Below, piece by piece: positions 28,976 through 37,154 of a stretch of 64,000 bases of DNA (positions within the stretch are counted from its first letter, which is position 1; each line of letters opens with the position of its first letter). The notes beneath the pieces are model-generated. The model saw nothing but the letters and a program-made list of their open reading frames with translations, was not told where the DNA came from and ran no database searches. The stretch lies in the IMG/VR virus record IMGVR_UViG_3300034108_000261; one strand, written 5' to 3'. The translations under genes were made by a program, and so were the position numbers. The DNA comes from an uncultured virus (IMG/VR IMGVR_UViG_3300034108_000261) (Duplodnaviria > Heunggongvirae > Uroviricota > Caudoviricetes).

Positions 28976-29560
28976 TTATTTTACCACCGTCCCAATCTCC
29001 TGTTCTAGTTGGCGGATGTAGTGATCTTTGTCTATTTTGACAAAGGGTTTATATTTCTTTACCAAATGCGCGAAGTCATTCCAAATAAAATCATTCGATA
29101 AAGAACTATAGTCGGTATTATCTATTATACCTATTTTTGCCAAAATAGCAATAGATTCTAGAGAAATCTTTTTACCAAGATACATTTTTAATACTTTAGG
29201 ATGTTGCCCATTAATTACTTCGAATGGGTCTCCGTCTGCATAAAGAGTTTGGATATCCTGTTTAAAAGTATATCCCAATTTCTGCATGCGTGTTTGCCAT
29301 TCTGCATAGACATCATTCGCCTCTGTATCAAACACACCACCCCACTGATTCCCAGAAACAAAATTAGCAACTAGAAAATCAATGATTTCAGTTTTTGTTT
29401 TTGTTTCTGCCAACTTTCGCAACGCAAATAAGTCTTTACGTTTCAGAAATGCTTCTCTGGAAACCTTTACCCCTTTACGGGATTTGGTGATATCAAAATC
29501 AGGTCGAGTGAAATGTAATCTCAACGAGAGATACAATTGATAAACTTTATAAGAGTCCAT
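28976..29560 (-). CDS. gp59: Helicase loader gp59
   Basis: Y.LYL.L.LHF....D, F.KRKD...KL, F.VANFV, GQHP..L..YL...IS.E motifs; gp33-gp59-gp32 synteny. Confidence 0.85.
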   Translation of the reverse strand: MDSYKVYQLYLSLRLHFTRPDFDITKSRKGVKVSREAFLKRKDLFALRKLAETKTKTEIIDFLVANFVSGNQWGGVFDTEANDVYAEWQTRMQKLGYTFKQDIQTLYADGDPFEVINGQHPKVLKMYLGKKISLESIAILAKIGIIDNTDYSSLSNDFIWNDFAHLVKKYKPFVKIDKDHYIRQLEQEIGTVVK

Positions 29561-29823
29561 CAGAGAGGCAGAATCCCATCATCGTTTTTCAACATGTTGA
29601 GTTGTTGTGCCTCGACTCGAATTTTTTCTTTTAGTGATGAACTAATAAGACCAGCAACAGAACTAACCTCAATATTTCGTTTCTCACAATAGTCAATGAG
29701 AATATCCATACAGGGTGATCTAGAGTCTCTTGCAAGTTTTTCAATAAAGATGGAAAACTCTGCTGCTGTCTTAAATTGCTTTGTAATCAAAAATTCATCA
29801 GTTACTGGAATTTCTTCCGTCAT
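29560..29823 (-). CDS. gp33: Late-transcription coactivator gp33
   Basis: FS..IE.......D....YCE...IE...V..LIS..LKEKI..EA..LN.L motif. Confidence 0.88.
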   Translation of the reverse strand: MTEEIPVTDEFLITKQFKTAAEFSIFIEKLARDSRSPCMDILIDYCEKRNIEVSSVAGLISSSLKEKIRVEAQQLNMLKNDDGILPL

Positions 29824-29826
29824 AAT

Positions 29827-30447
29827 CTATCCTGCGTAAAAAATATGTCTACCGATTTTAGTAACTCTCTGTAACTTCCAACCTGGACTAACATAGTCAG
29901 CATGGTAGAATAGAACGTTACTATTAACTACTATACGCGTATTGATCTCAGAAGTCAATACTTTTTTCGCAATATCTTTTGCTTCAGCATATAATACTGG
30001 GTCTTTGGCAGGTCGACGCATACACGTCCAACTGAACTGACAGACCCTACTTGTTCTCTGATAAACGACAGAGCAAACGTTTGATGGATATTTTGGATTG
30101 CGAACTCTATTTAAAGTTACACCTGCAACCGCGATTTTACCCTTTCTGGGTTCATTACCTGCCTCGTAGTAGATGTTATCTGCTAGACAAGTTATTGCTG
30201 CAGAATTTTGTGACAGGTATTTTTGTTTTTCTTTTTTAACGTTTTTTTGTATGATTTCTTCTTGTTTTTGTAAAATTTCTTGGTTTTGTCGTTTTACGCT
30301 TTCGACTTTCTCATATCCACCGACAGTGTATTCCATTGCGGTGTCTTCGATTCTTTCTTTTGCATAACTCAATGATACACAATATATTACAATTACCACT
30401 AAAATTGAAGAAAGAATTTTCAATGTCTTCTTATTAAAGGAAGGCAT
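29827..30447 (-). CDS. SleB/Hydrolase_2 family cell-wall hydrolase with N-terminal membrane anchor
   Basis: CLA.NIYYEA.NE...GK.AVA.VTLNRV....P..VC.VVYQ....CQFSW...FYHADYVSP.W...IGRHIFY. ATG 30447 follows an AAGGA RBS; the ORF track starts at 30519. Confidence 0.9.
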   Translation of the reverse strand: MPSFNKKTLKILSSILVVIVIYCVSLSYAKERIEDTAMEYTVGGYEKVESVKRQNQEILQKQEEIIQKNVKKEKQKYLSQNSAAITCLADNIYYEAGNEPRKGKIAVAGVTLNRVRNPKYPSNVCSVVYQRTSRVCQFSWTCMRRPAKDPVLYAEAKDIAKKVLTSEINTRIVVNSNVLFYHADYVSPGWKLQRVTKIGRHIFYAG

Positions 30448-30564
30448 CTCTATTCCTTGGATTGTTGAACTGGAGAGAGGATTAACCAGTGACTCCCTAC
30501 ACTGGGCACTTTTTTTCAAAGGTGCATTATATTTAGGGTTTAAAGACTCCCAATAGTCTCTGTT

Positions 30565-30880
30565 TACCGTTGATTTAGAACGGTTGGCGGTTTATTCTGT
30601 TTCGAGGGAAACCGCCGAAAACCCAATGCTAGCTTATGCAGCTAGAGCAAAGGCAACGTTATCGTTTGCATTTACAGTTTGTGGCGCTTTGCCAGTCAAT
30701 CAGTCTCGGTATTCCTATTACACGAAAATCGAATTCCAAGGTCACCCCCATCATAGATACACCATCATCCCTCACTTTAGTAGGCACCCCTTTCGGGTCG
30801 GACCTTGATGTATCTATGGTGGAGGTGGAGGGAGTCGAACCCTCGTCTTTCCGCTTTTATTGTCAACTGTCAACAACTGA
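30565..30880 (-). ncRNA. ssrA: Two-piece (circularly permuted) tmRNA
   Basis: Minus-strand order: T-arm GAGGGTTCGACTCCCTC plus CACCTCC-A-CCA (ends 30817), intervening hairpin, 5' acceptor strand GGGGGTG (30749-30743, G3.U70 alanine identity pair), then tag frame ANDNVAFALAA* (30669-30634). Outer ends are approximate. Confidence 0.92.
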
Positions 30881-30885
30881 TATAT

Positions 30886-30916
30886 TATTTATACTATAGT
30901 TTTGGTCAGAAGTCAA
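30886..30916 (-). promoter_or_regulatory. Composite promoter for tmRNA: sigma70-like TTGACT-N17-TATAAA overlapping late TATAAATA
   Basis: Minus strand ttgacttctgaccaaaactatagtataaata. Confidence 0.7.
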
Positions 30917-31590
30917 GCCAAATAATAACCATTTTCATAATAATCACGAGTTCGAAGCAATTCTTTCACCCAGTTGTCTCGCTTCTCGATAAACACCTGA
31001 GGTTCATCACCCTCGACTGCAATAAGAACTACCAACCACGGAACAGGAATCCCAGTTCGTTCCTCATACATGATTGCATATGCTGCAGTCTGCATAAAGT
31101 AAGAACTGATATGTTCTTTCTTTTTGGGTTTGCTAGATGTCTTGAAGTCGATGACTGCTCGGAGACGGTTATAATCGGCGATACAGTCGACACGACCTGC
31201 CATACGGAGGTGGTCGCTGTAGAGCGCAAGTTCTTGGCAGTGAATGTCGCCAATCGGATCGAGAACAGGTTTGAACTTCTTGAACATCTCAACGTCAAGT
31301 AGAGATGCTTTCGTAGTTGTATACGCTTCTTCTAAATCTTCGTTCTTAAGATATGATTCAGTTAATGAGTGAATCTTAGTTCCACGAGTTGATGCTTTGT
31401 TCGAGATCTTATTCGCTTCTTCTTCACCAACACGTTTTCGCCAAGCAGCGATTCCATCTCTGGATAGAACCCCGAGAACAGTGGTAGCAGAAGGATACGC
31501 TACACCAGAGGCATTAACGTAAACTCTGCTACCATCTTCGTTCGTAGTTGATTGTGCGAAATCTTCATAGTCATATATCGTCTTAAACAT
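30913..31590 (-). CDS. PD-(D/E)XK exonuclease (Cas4/RecB-like phage exonuclease)
   Basis: YPS.TTVL, WRKRVGEEEAN, RGT.IH, AGRVDCIA, IDFKTS, YF.Q..AYA.M motifs. Confidence 0.88.
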   Translation of the reverse strand: MFKTIYDYEDFAQSTTNEDGSRVYVNASGVAYPSATTVLGVLSRDGIAAWRKRVGEEEANKISNKASTRGTKIHSLTESYLKNEDLEEAYTTTKASLLDVEMFKKFKPVLDPIGDIHCQELALYSDHLRMAGRVDCIADYNRLRAVIDFKTSSKPKKKEHISSYFMQTAAYAIMYEERTGIPVPWLVVLIAVEGDEPQVFIEKRDNWVKELLRTRDYYENGYYLA

Positions 31591-31595
31591 AATTC

Positions 31596-31624
31596 ATTAT
31601 ACTATAATTTTATAGAAAAGTCAA
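31596..31624 (-). promoter_or_regulatory. sigma70-like promoter TTGACT-N17-TATAAT
   Basis: Near-consensus match directly upstream of the exonuclease ATG. Confidence 0.7.
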
Positions 31625-31911
31625 GCCATTTCTTCAATAAATTCTTTTAATTTTAAATTATAAAAACCATAATATGCCATCTGATCTTCAACCTCGGTAT
31701 AATTTTCTGCTGCAATCACCGCATTTGCATCGTCAATTTCTCTGGTTAGATGAGCAATAAAATCTGCATTAGCAGGATCTTCTGCATCTAATGCATCTAA
31801 TTGATTTTGTAACTGAGATGGGCGCTGTAGTGCAAGACTTTTTGGTTGGATTGGCAGACCCGTAAATGCATCACCGAGTGATGCATGAAAATCTTCTAGT
31901 AGTGTTGACAT
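31621..31911 (-). CDS. Hypothetical protein (96 aa, acidic)
   Basis: ORF with GGAG RBS between phoH and the exonuclease gene. Confidence 0.65.
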   Translation of the reverse strand: MSTLLEDFHASLGDAFTGLPIQPKSLALQRPSQLQNQLDALDAEDPANADFIAHLTREIDDANAVIAAENYTEVEDQMAYYGFYNLKLKEFIEEMA

Positions 31912-31920
31912 TTTTATCTC

Positions 31921-32679
31921 CTATGCTGCGTAACGACTTTCATATTCTAGTCGAGCAATTATATATTCTTTTACAAGTTTTGATCGAACGATATCGTCTA
32001 CAGTAAACTCAACAGTTTTAAATGAAGGCATCATGTCTGCAATTGCAATAAATTTCTGCAACCCAGACATATCGTTCTTCTTATATAGGTCAGTTTGGCG
32101 GAAGTCTCCGCAGAAAATGACCTTTGAGTTCTTACCGATACGAGTCATGATAGAATTGAGTTCCATATCTGTCATATTCTGACATTCATCGACAACTACG
32201 ATGGAGTTGTCTAGAGTGATACCACGAACGAATGATGTGATAAGGAAGTGAACCATTTTTTGTTCTTGTAGACGAGCAAATGGTTGAATATGATTGAAAA
32301 GATCTTCACAGATTTCAACATATGGCATAGTGTAAACTTCTGTCTTTTCTTTTTCGTCTCCAGGAAGATGCCCGATCTCGCGCGAAGGAACTGCTGAGCG
32401 CACAATAACGAGACGTTCGAAATTGCTGGAACTATCTAATACTTCTTCTAATGCTTTATATAGAGCGATGAATGTTTTACCAGTGCCAGCGACACCATGT
32501 AGTAGGACTGCGGATGCTTGCTTATCATAAATTTCAAAGAAGGATCTTTGATTGAAATTTAGAGGGGAAATTTGTTTCAAATCATTGTATGAAACTTTAC
32601 ACTTAGAACTTCTCTCTTGTTGAATGATAGTTTCGGATGGGGCGACGAGTTGTAGATTATTTTGTTTTCTTCTCGACAT
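31921..32679 (-). CDS. phoH: PhoH family ATPase
   Basis: G.AGTGKTF, IGHLPG...EK, SFVRGITL, DECQN, TRIG..SK.IF.GD..Q.D, DIVRS motifs. Confidence 0.95.
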   Translation of the reverse strand: MSRRKQNNLQLVAPSETIIQQERSSKCKVSYNDLKQISPLNFNQRSFFEIYDKQASAVLLHGVAGTGKTFIALYKALEEVLDSSSNFERLVIVRSAVPSREIGHLPGDEKEKTEVYTMPYVEICEDLFNHIQPFARLQEQKMVHFLITSFVRGITLDNSIVVVDECQNMTDMELNSIMTRIGKNSKVIFCGDFRQTDLYKKNDMSGLQKFIAIADMMPSFKTVEFTVDDIVRSKLVKEYIIARLEYESRYAA

Positions 32680-32713
32680 TTGCAGTCCTTATTTTAACTA
32701 GAGGGTTGATACG

Positions 32714-32745
32714 AAAAAGGCGACTCCACTACGGAGTCGCCTTTA
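32714..32745 (-). terminator. Intrinsic terminator hairpin between the denV-like gene and phoH
   Basis: Minus strand aaaggcgactcc-gtagt-ggagtcgcctttttcg. Confidence 0.7.
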
Positions 32746-32810
32746 TTTTCCGAGGACATCGGAATCTGAAATTGGGATGGGAGTTCTTTTTTGTTCCATA
32801 CAAGTATTTA

Positions 32811-33350
32811 TTAAACTGCGACACTCCACCACTCTGGAATCGGGCGATTTTTCCACTTTGCCATAGTTTTTTTTGCGCCGACATAATAGTTACGATACGA
32901 CTGAATAGAGTCAGGAACTTTGTATTCATCTGGCATCGCAGGAGTAGGTTGCGTTTTATAACCGATAGGAATATTAATAGGAGGTTTACGTAACCAATAT
33001 ACTAGACGGTCACAAGAATGGATCTTGCCATATCGGTGAGTGTATTCAGATAAGAGGGATTGGAATAGGCATACAAGCCAGTTATAATTGTTGTTAGACT
33101 GGCGAACCCAAACAGCACTCGGATGATTGATGTGTGTCGCCTTGTATAGTTGCCCCTCAAGAGAAGTATCTTCTAACCGCCATCGTTTGATCTTTCGTCC
33201 AGAGGAAGCATCGATATATTCTTTGCCGTCGAGAACACGGTGCGCAGTTGATAGTAACTGGGCATACTCGAGGATCATCTTTACGACATGTTTGTCGTTA
33301 TGGTATTCTGCGCACTTGGTGACATCGCTGTCAAGATAAAAAATATTCAT
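32811..33350 (-). CDS. Pyrimidine-dimer DNA glycosylase (endonuclease V / DenV-like family)
   Basis: MNIFYLD...AEYH.DKHVVKMILEYAQLLSTAH, YKATH.NHPS..W, EY..RYGK.H, AMPDEYK, YR.YY...K motifs. Confidence 0.8.
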   Translation of the reverse strand: MNIFYLDSDVTKCAEYHNDKHVVKMILEYAQLLSTAHRVLDGKEYIDASSGRKIKRWRLEDTSLEGQLYKATHINHPSAVWVRQSNNNYNWLVCLFQSLLSEYTHRYGKIHSCDRLVYWLRKPPINIPIGYKTQPTPAMPDEYKVPDSIQSYRNYYVGAKKTMAKWKNRPIPEWWSVAV

Positions 33351-33356
33351 AATGTA

Positions 33357-33635
33357 TTACTCGTCAAATGGAATCTCTTCCATGTTATTAATTATGTTTT
33401 GTATCGCAACTTTAGCGACATCACTTATTATACTGTTTCCTATCGAAAAGTCAAGTGCTTTTCTGACAAAAATTGGATCTAAGGTAGTTAATATATCTGC
33501 ATTGTATTTCTTTTCACATTCTGGATAAGTATTCAATGCAGCAAGAACAAGTTCTACCTCAAAGTCCGTATATAAAGATATACGATACCTTCTATGCGAT
33601 AGAAATCTATCTGGAAAATTAACTACTCTACCCAT
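33357..33635 (-). CDS. Hypothetical protein (92 aa)
   Basis: ORF preceded by AATAAATA; no recognised motif. Confidence 0.6.
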   Translation of the reverse strand: MGRVVNFPDRFLSHRRYRISLYTDFEVELVLAALNTYPECEKKYNADILTTLDPIFVRKALDFSIGNSIISDVAKVAIQNIINNMEEIPFDE

Positions 33636-33649
33636 AACAATATTTATTC

Positions 33650-35077
33650 TTAAAAGACCTTCACATTATAGATATTTTGGAACATGGCAGCATCCTTTTC
33701 ATCATTTACCATTGGAAATCCTTTAATGTTCAGACTAGTATTAAGTAACATCGGACAACCTGTTTCTTCATACCATCTTGTCAGCAATTCAAACAATCCT
33801 GGATGCTGTTGCTTGTTTACAGTTTGGACGCGAGATGTGCCATCAACGTGAACGATAGCAGGGAACTTTGTAGGAAATTTACATCTTGCAGTAAACTGCA
33901 TGTAAGGGGATACTTCAACTGGCATGTCAAAATACTCCGCTGCATGTTGCTCAAGGATGACTGGTGCGAATGGTCTAAACTTTTGTCTGCGTTTGATTGC
34001 ATTTACTCTGTCCTTAATGTCAATTCTGGTTGGATCTGCCAACAAACTCCGATTACCCAAAGCACGTGGACCAAATTCTGCTCGCCCATTTGCAACACCC
34101 ACTATACCGTCTTTTTTAAGAAAAGTCAATAGATTTTCTACAGGATATTCCCCCTCGATATTCTCGCCGAGATATGGACCTTGCCAGTTTAATTTTCTGC
34201 GATTGTTTGCAGCAATAGCACCAAGACTGCTCCCTGAATCTCCAGGATTTGGCATGACCCATACATTCTTGAAATACTTTAACGCGATATGATTTGCACT
34301 ACAGTTTAGCGCACAACCACCCATAAGAACAAGATTTCCTTGTAAGGTGTCTTTCATCTTTGCACGAATCAGTAATTTTTCAAATTCTTCTTCGTATACT
34401 TTTTGCGTTGCTGCGGCAACACTATAATGGTCCAAATCAAAGTCATCATTACGCCACCAACGACATCCGCGATGAAGGTTTTCAGATTCCCAAAGATTTC
34501 TAACTTCGTCATAATATTTTTCGGCATCACCATATGCTACCATCCCCATTAAGATATATTCATCTTCGTTTGCTTTAAGACCAACTCGGTCTGTCATAGC
34601 AGAATAGAACAACCCCAGTGACTTGGGATAATCCATTGACCATTTCTTTGTAAGGTTACTACCAGAACATTTCCAGATTGATGCTGTATCAAATTCACCG
34701 ATAGCATCGATTACAAGAGCAGTCGCAGATTCGAACCGAGAAGTATAGAAACCTGCAGCGGCATGCGACTCATGGTGCGAGGCAAACTCGACAGGGACAT
34801 CAAGTCCAAATTCTTTTAGATACTGCCTTACGCTAAATCGAACTAATCCCTGCCCAGAAAGAAATCTACGCATCGCTCTCAATTTGGGTTTCTCATACCA
34901 ATGTATCTTTTCTGGTTTACCGAACTTCAGCGCTGCGTTGATCAGATCGACATTTAGATGTTTGTCATTTTTAACGCCACTATATCGTTCGACGTGTGAT
35001 GCGAATAGAATCTCGTCCCCGCTAACAACAGTCAACGCCGCATCATGTGCGGCGGCAGATATACCCCATTCAATCAT
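33650..35077 (-). CDS. Carbamoyltransferase (NodU/CmcH/TobZ family)
   Basis: GIS...HDAA, ERYS..KND, HH.SHAA, DAIGE, GGCALN, PGD.G..LGA, GRAEFGPRALGNRS.LADP, FRPFAP, H.DGTSRVQTV, LNTSLN motifs. Confidence 0.95.
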   Translation of the reverse strand: MIEWGISAAAHDAALTVVSGDEILFASHVERYSGVKNDKHLNVDLINAALKFGKPEKIHWYEKPKLRAMRRFLSGQGLVRFSVRQYLKEFGLDVPVEFASHHESHAAAGFYTSRFESATALVIDAIGEFDTASIWKCSGSNLTKKWSMDYPKSLGLFYSAMTDRVGLKANEDEYILMGMVAYGDAEKYYDEVRNLWESENLHRGCRWWRNDDFDLDHYSVAAATQKVYEEEFEKLLIRAKMKDTLQGNLVLMGGCALNCSANHIALKYFKNVWVMPNPGDSGSSLGAIAANNRRKLNWQGPYLGENIEGEYPVENLLTFLKKDGIVGVANGRAEFGPRALGNRSLLADPTRIDIKDRVNAIKRRQKFRPFAPVILEQHAAEYFDMPVEVSPYMQFTARCKFPTKFPAIVHVDGTSRVQTVNKQQHPGLFELLTRWYEETGCPMLLNTSLNIKGFPMVNDEKDAAMFQNIYNVKVF

Positions 35078-35174
35078 AGATAAAGGGATCTTGTTTTCTT
35101 ATTTTTTTTATTCGGCGAATGTGCGATCTCTTTAAGAGATAACTTTTAATTTTTTGTATTAATGATTTTATCAT
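35070..35174 (-). CDS. 34-aa basic peptide ending QDPFIYD, coupled to the carbamoyltransferase
   Basis: Read manually: MIKSLIQKIKSYLLKRSHIRRIKKIRKQDPFIYD*. Its stop overlaps the carbamoyltransferase start. PFIY-ending small ORFs are common neighbours of these enzymes. Confidence 0.6.
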   Translation of the reverse strand: MIKSLIQKIKSYLLKRSHIRRIKKIRKQDPFIYD

Positions 35175-35997
35175 ACAATTCCTCTGCAAATAATACATGC
35201 GCTATCTCGGGTGGGTGCTTAAACCCACACGGAGGCGGCACCGTTCCACGCATCTGGTTGTTATACCAAGTAAACAACGATGTGGTTGGATCAATGCTAT
35301 AATCTAGTATCTCTTGAAATATTTTCTCGAACGTCGGTAAATATTGCCAATCAAAATAAATGTCTGCAAAAATATTGCCATGCTTTGATTCCGGAGCATT
35401 ATAAAAAAGAAGTTCTTTTGGAAAAACTGGTTGCATGTAAAAATCGAAATTATTTACAACGCAAAAATTCTTAAAATTTTGTAATGAAAACAGATAAGTT
35501 TGCATGACTTTATAGTCGTTATAATGCATGTCACTATCTTGAACCGAACGGTCGCTCATGACTCTTGATACAGGTACGCCTGTGTTTTCTGGCGAAAAGG
35601 ACAAGTATCTATGCGGGGTTGTCACCCCCAAAAAGATCAGATCTGTTTTCGGATTTAACTTTCTAGTATAGTGACCGCGAAATAAATCTAGAGTCATATG
35701 ATCCACTGCAGATCCAGGTATAGCATAATTAACATGCTCCAAACCAAGTTTATCTGCCAATTTAGCAGCATAACTTCGTTTCGAAGAAACATTAATGTAT
35801 TCCCTAGAAGTCATCTTGCCTGCACGAGAAACATAGTCTTCAAATTTATGCATGGGTTTTCTATCAGCAATCCACTGATGTTTCATTTTATTGCACTCGT
35901 CAAAACTAATCCCAAGCACTTCATGGTCCATTAATTCTGACCCCGCAGTAAATGAACATCCGAATGAAATTAGTCGTGTTTTCCCTTCAAGTTTCAT
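35146..35997 (-). CDS. SGNH/GDSL-like hydrolase or acyltransferase
   Basis: FGCSFTAG, NYA.PG and late HP...H motifs. Start taken at MKLEGK (ATGA overlap with the upstream stop); the ORF track starts at 36084. Confidence 0.6.
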   Translation of the reverse strand: MKLEGKTRLISFGCSFTAGSELMDHEVLGISFDECNKMKHQWIADRKPMHKFEDYVSRAGKMTSREYINVSSKRSYAAKLADKLGLEHVNYAIPGSAVDHMTLDLFRGHYTRKLNPKTDLIFLGVTTPHRYLSFSPENTGVPVSRVMSDRSVQDSDMHYNDYKVMQTYLFSLQNFKNFCVVNNFDFYMQPVFPKELLFYNAPESKHGNIFADIYFDWQYLPTFEKIFQEILDYSIDPTTSLFTWYNNQMRGTVPPPCGFKHPPEIAHVLFAEELYDKIINTKN

Positions 35998-37154
35998 TTT
36001 CTGTGATCTTTTGTCATTGGTCTTGGATTTTCTACTTCTTTTCCATCCAAAAAGGTGGATAGACTGTTTCGTAAATCTACGCACTGTTTTCGCATTTTAC
36101 CATCTTGGGGTAAAGAAGGTATCTCAGCGTCATACAATGCAATCACTTCTTCGAGTTCTTTCCGTGACATATTATGACACGCCATGTGGTCGGGATAATA
36201 CAAGTAGTTGAAATTTAATGGGTTTGAATTAGTAAAACGTACATATTGATTTACTATCTTGTAAAGAGCAATTGTGTCTCTGACGTTCATTTTACTTATT
36301 GTCATAACGATAGAAACATTTGATGTGTGTAAATCGAATTCCTTTGCTATAATTTCTTCTTGGCAGTATTTTAAATTATCCAAAACTTGATCCCACTTAG
36401 CACCAACTCTAAGTTTCTCAAACTTATCACCATAAGAATCTATACTGAAAGACAAAACAATACCTCTGAATTTTTTCCAGATATCAATCTCTTTTCTAGT
36501 TGGTCTTTGTGTTCCATTCGTATTGTATTGCAATATTGTTTTTTCTGGATTAGATAATTGATCCAACCACTCAAAGTGTGTTTTATTTAGTAGAGGTTCT
36601 CCACCTGCAATATCAATTCTAAAATATCCATTTTCTCCAGGATTTAATTTCTTATACTGTTCTAAATCATAAGACCAAGCAATCTCTTCGTTTAAACGAT
36701 CGTATGTATACCTGTCCAATTTTCCTTCGCGTAAGAGTTCGGTTGCAATTGCAGTCGAGCATGCAGGAGTGCATATGGTGCAGCGAAGATTACATAATCT
36801 CCCAGTTTTTAACTGTAGATATTCTAGAGAAACTTCTTCAGGTGGTGTTTGCATTGTTCCATTATGCAACATCCACATATCTTGTTGACGTTTACTGTCT
36901 CGCCCTTCTTCTTCTGCAAATTTACATTGATTACAACCACTCGGCCAAACACCTTGCGATAGTTGGTCACGATATTCTTGGAATTCTTCTTTTAAAATAG
37001 TCTCTGCATTTTCTATATCTACAAGTTTACTTTTTTTATCTACTTTATGAATGAAAAGACAACATGGTGTTAAGTAACCATCAGTGTCAACGTGCACGGA
37101 TTTCCACATAGACGGACAATAAATTTTAGGTTCGCTCATATTGATAGATACCAA
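35994..37154 (-). CDS. Radical SAM enzyme with N-terminal twitch/SPASM-like Cys cluster (5 of 5)
   Basis: CNLRCTIC, AGGEPL, YNTNGT; N-terminal C...PCC...C..C. Confidence 0.9.
   Translation of the reverse strand: MVSINMSEPKIYCPSMWKSVHVDTDGYLTPCCLFIHKVDKKSKLVDIENAETILKEEFQEYRDQLSQGVWPSGCNQCKFAEEEGRDSKRQQDMWMLHNGTMQTPPEEVSLEYLQLKTGRLCNLRCTICTPACSTAIATELLREGKLDRYTYDRLNEEIAWSYDLEQYKKLNPGENGYFRIDIAGGEPLLNKTHFEWLDQLSNPEKTILQYNTNGTQRPTRKEIDIWKKFRGIVLSFSIDSYGDKFEKLRVGAKWDQVLDNLKYCQEEIIAKEFDLHTSNVSIVMTISKMNVRDTIALYKIVNQYVRFTNSNPLNFNYLYYPDHMACHNMSRKELEEVIALYDAEIPSLPQDGKMRKQCVDLRNSLSTFLDGKEVENPRPMTKDHRK

Noticed and set aside
30448..30600. Glutamine or other known riboswitch upstream of the SleB hydrolase
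   Set aside because: Could not find the conserved core of any known class by eye; kept only as an unassigned structured leader.
30817..30855. Apparent tRNA 3' half (T-arm plus CCA)
   Set aside because: No anticodon arm; it pairs with the downstream GGGGGTG and is the acceptor piece of the permuted tmRNA.
30913..31590. Cas4-like nuclease as part of a CRISPR system
   Set aside because: Common stand-alone T4-like phage exonuclease; lacks the Cas4 Fe-S cysteines and any array.
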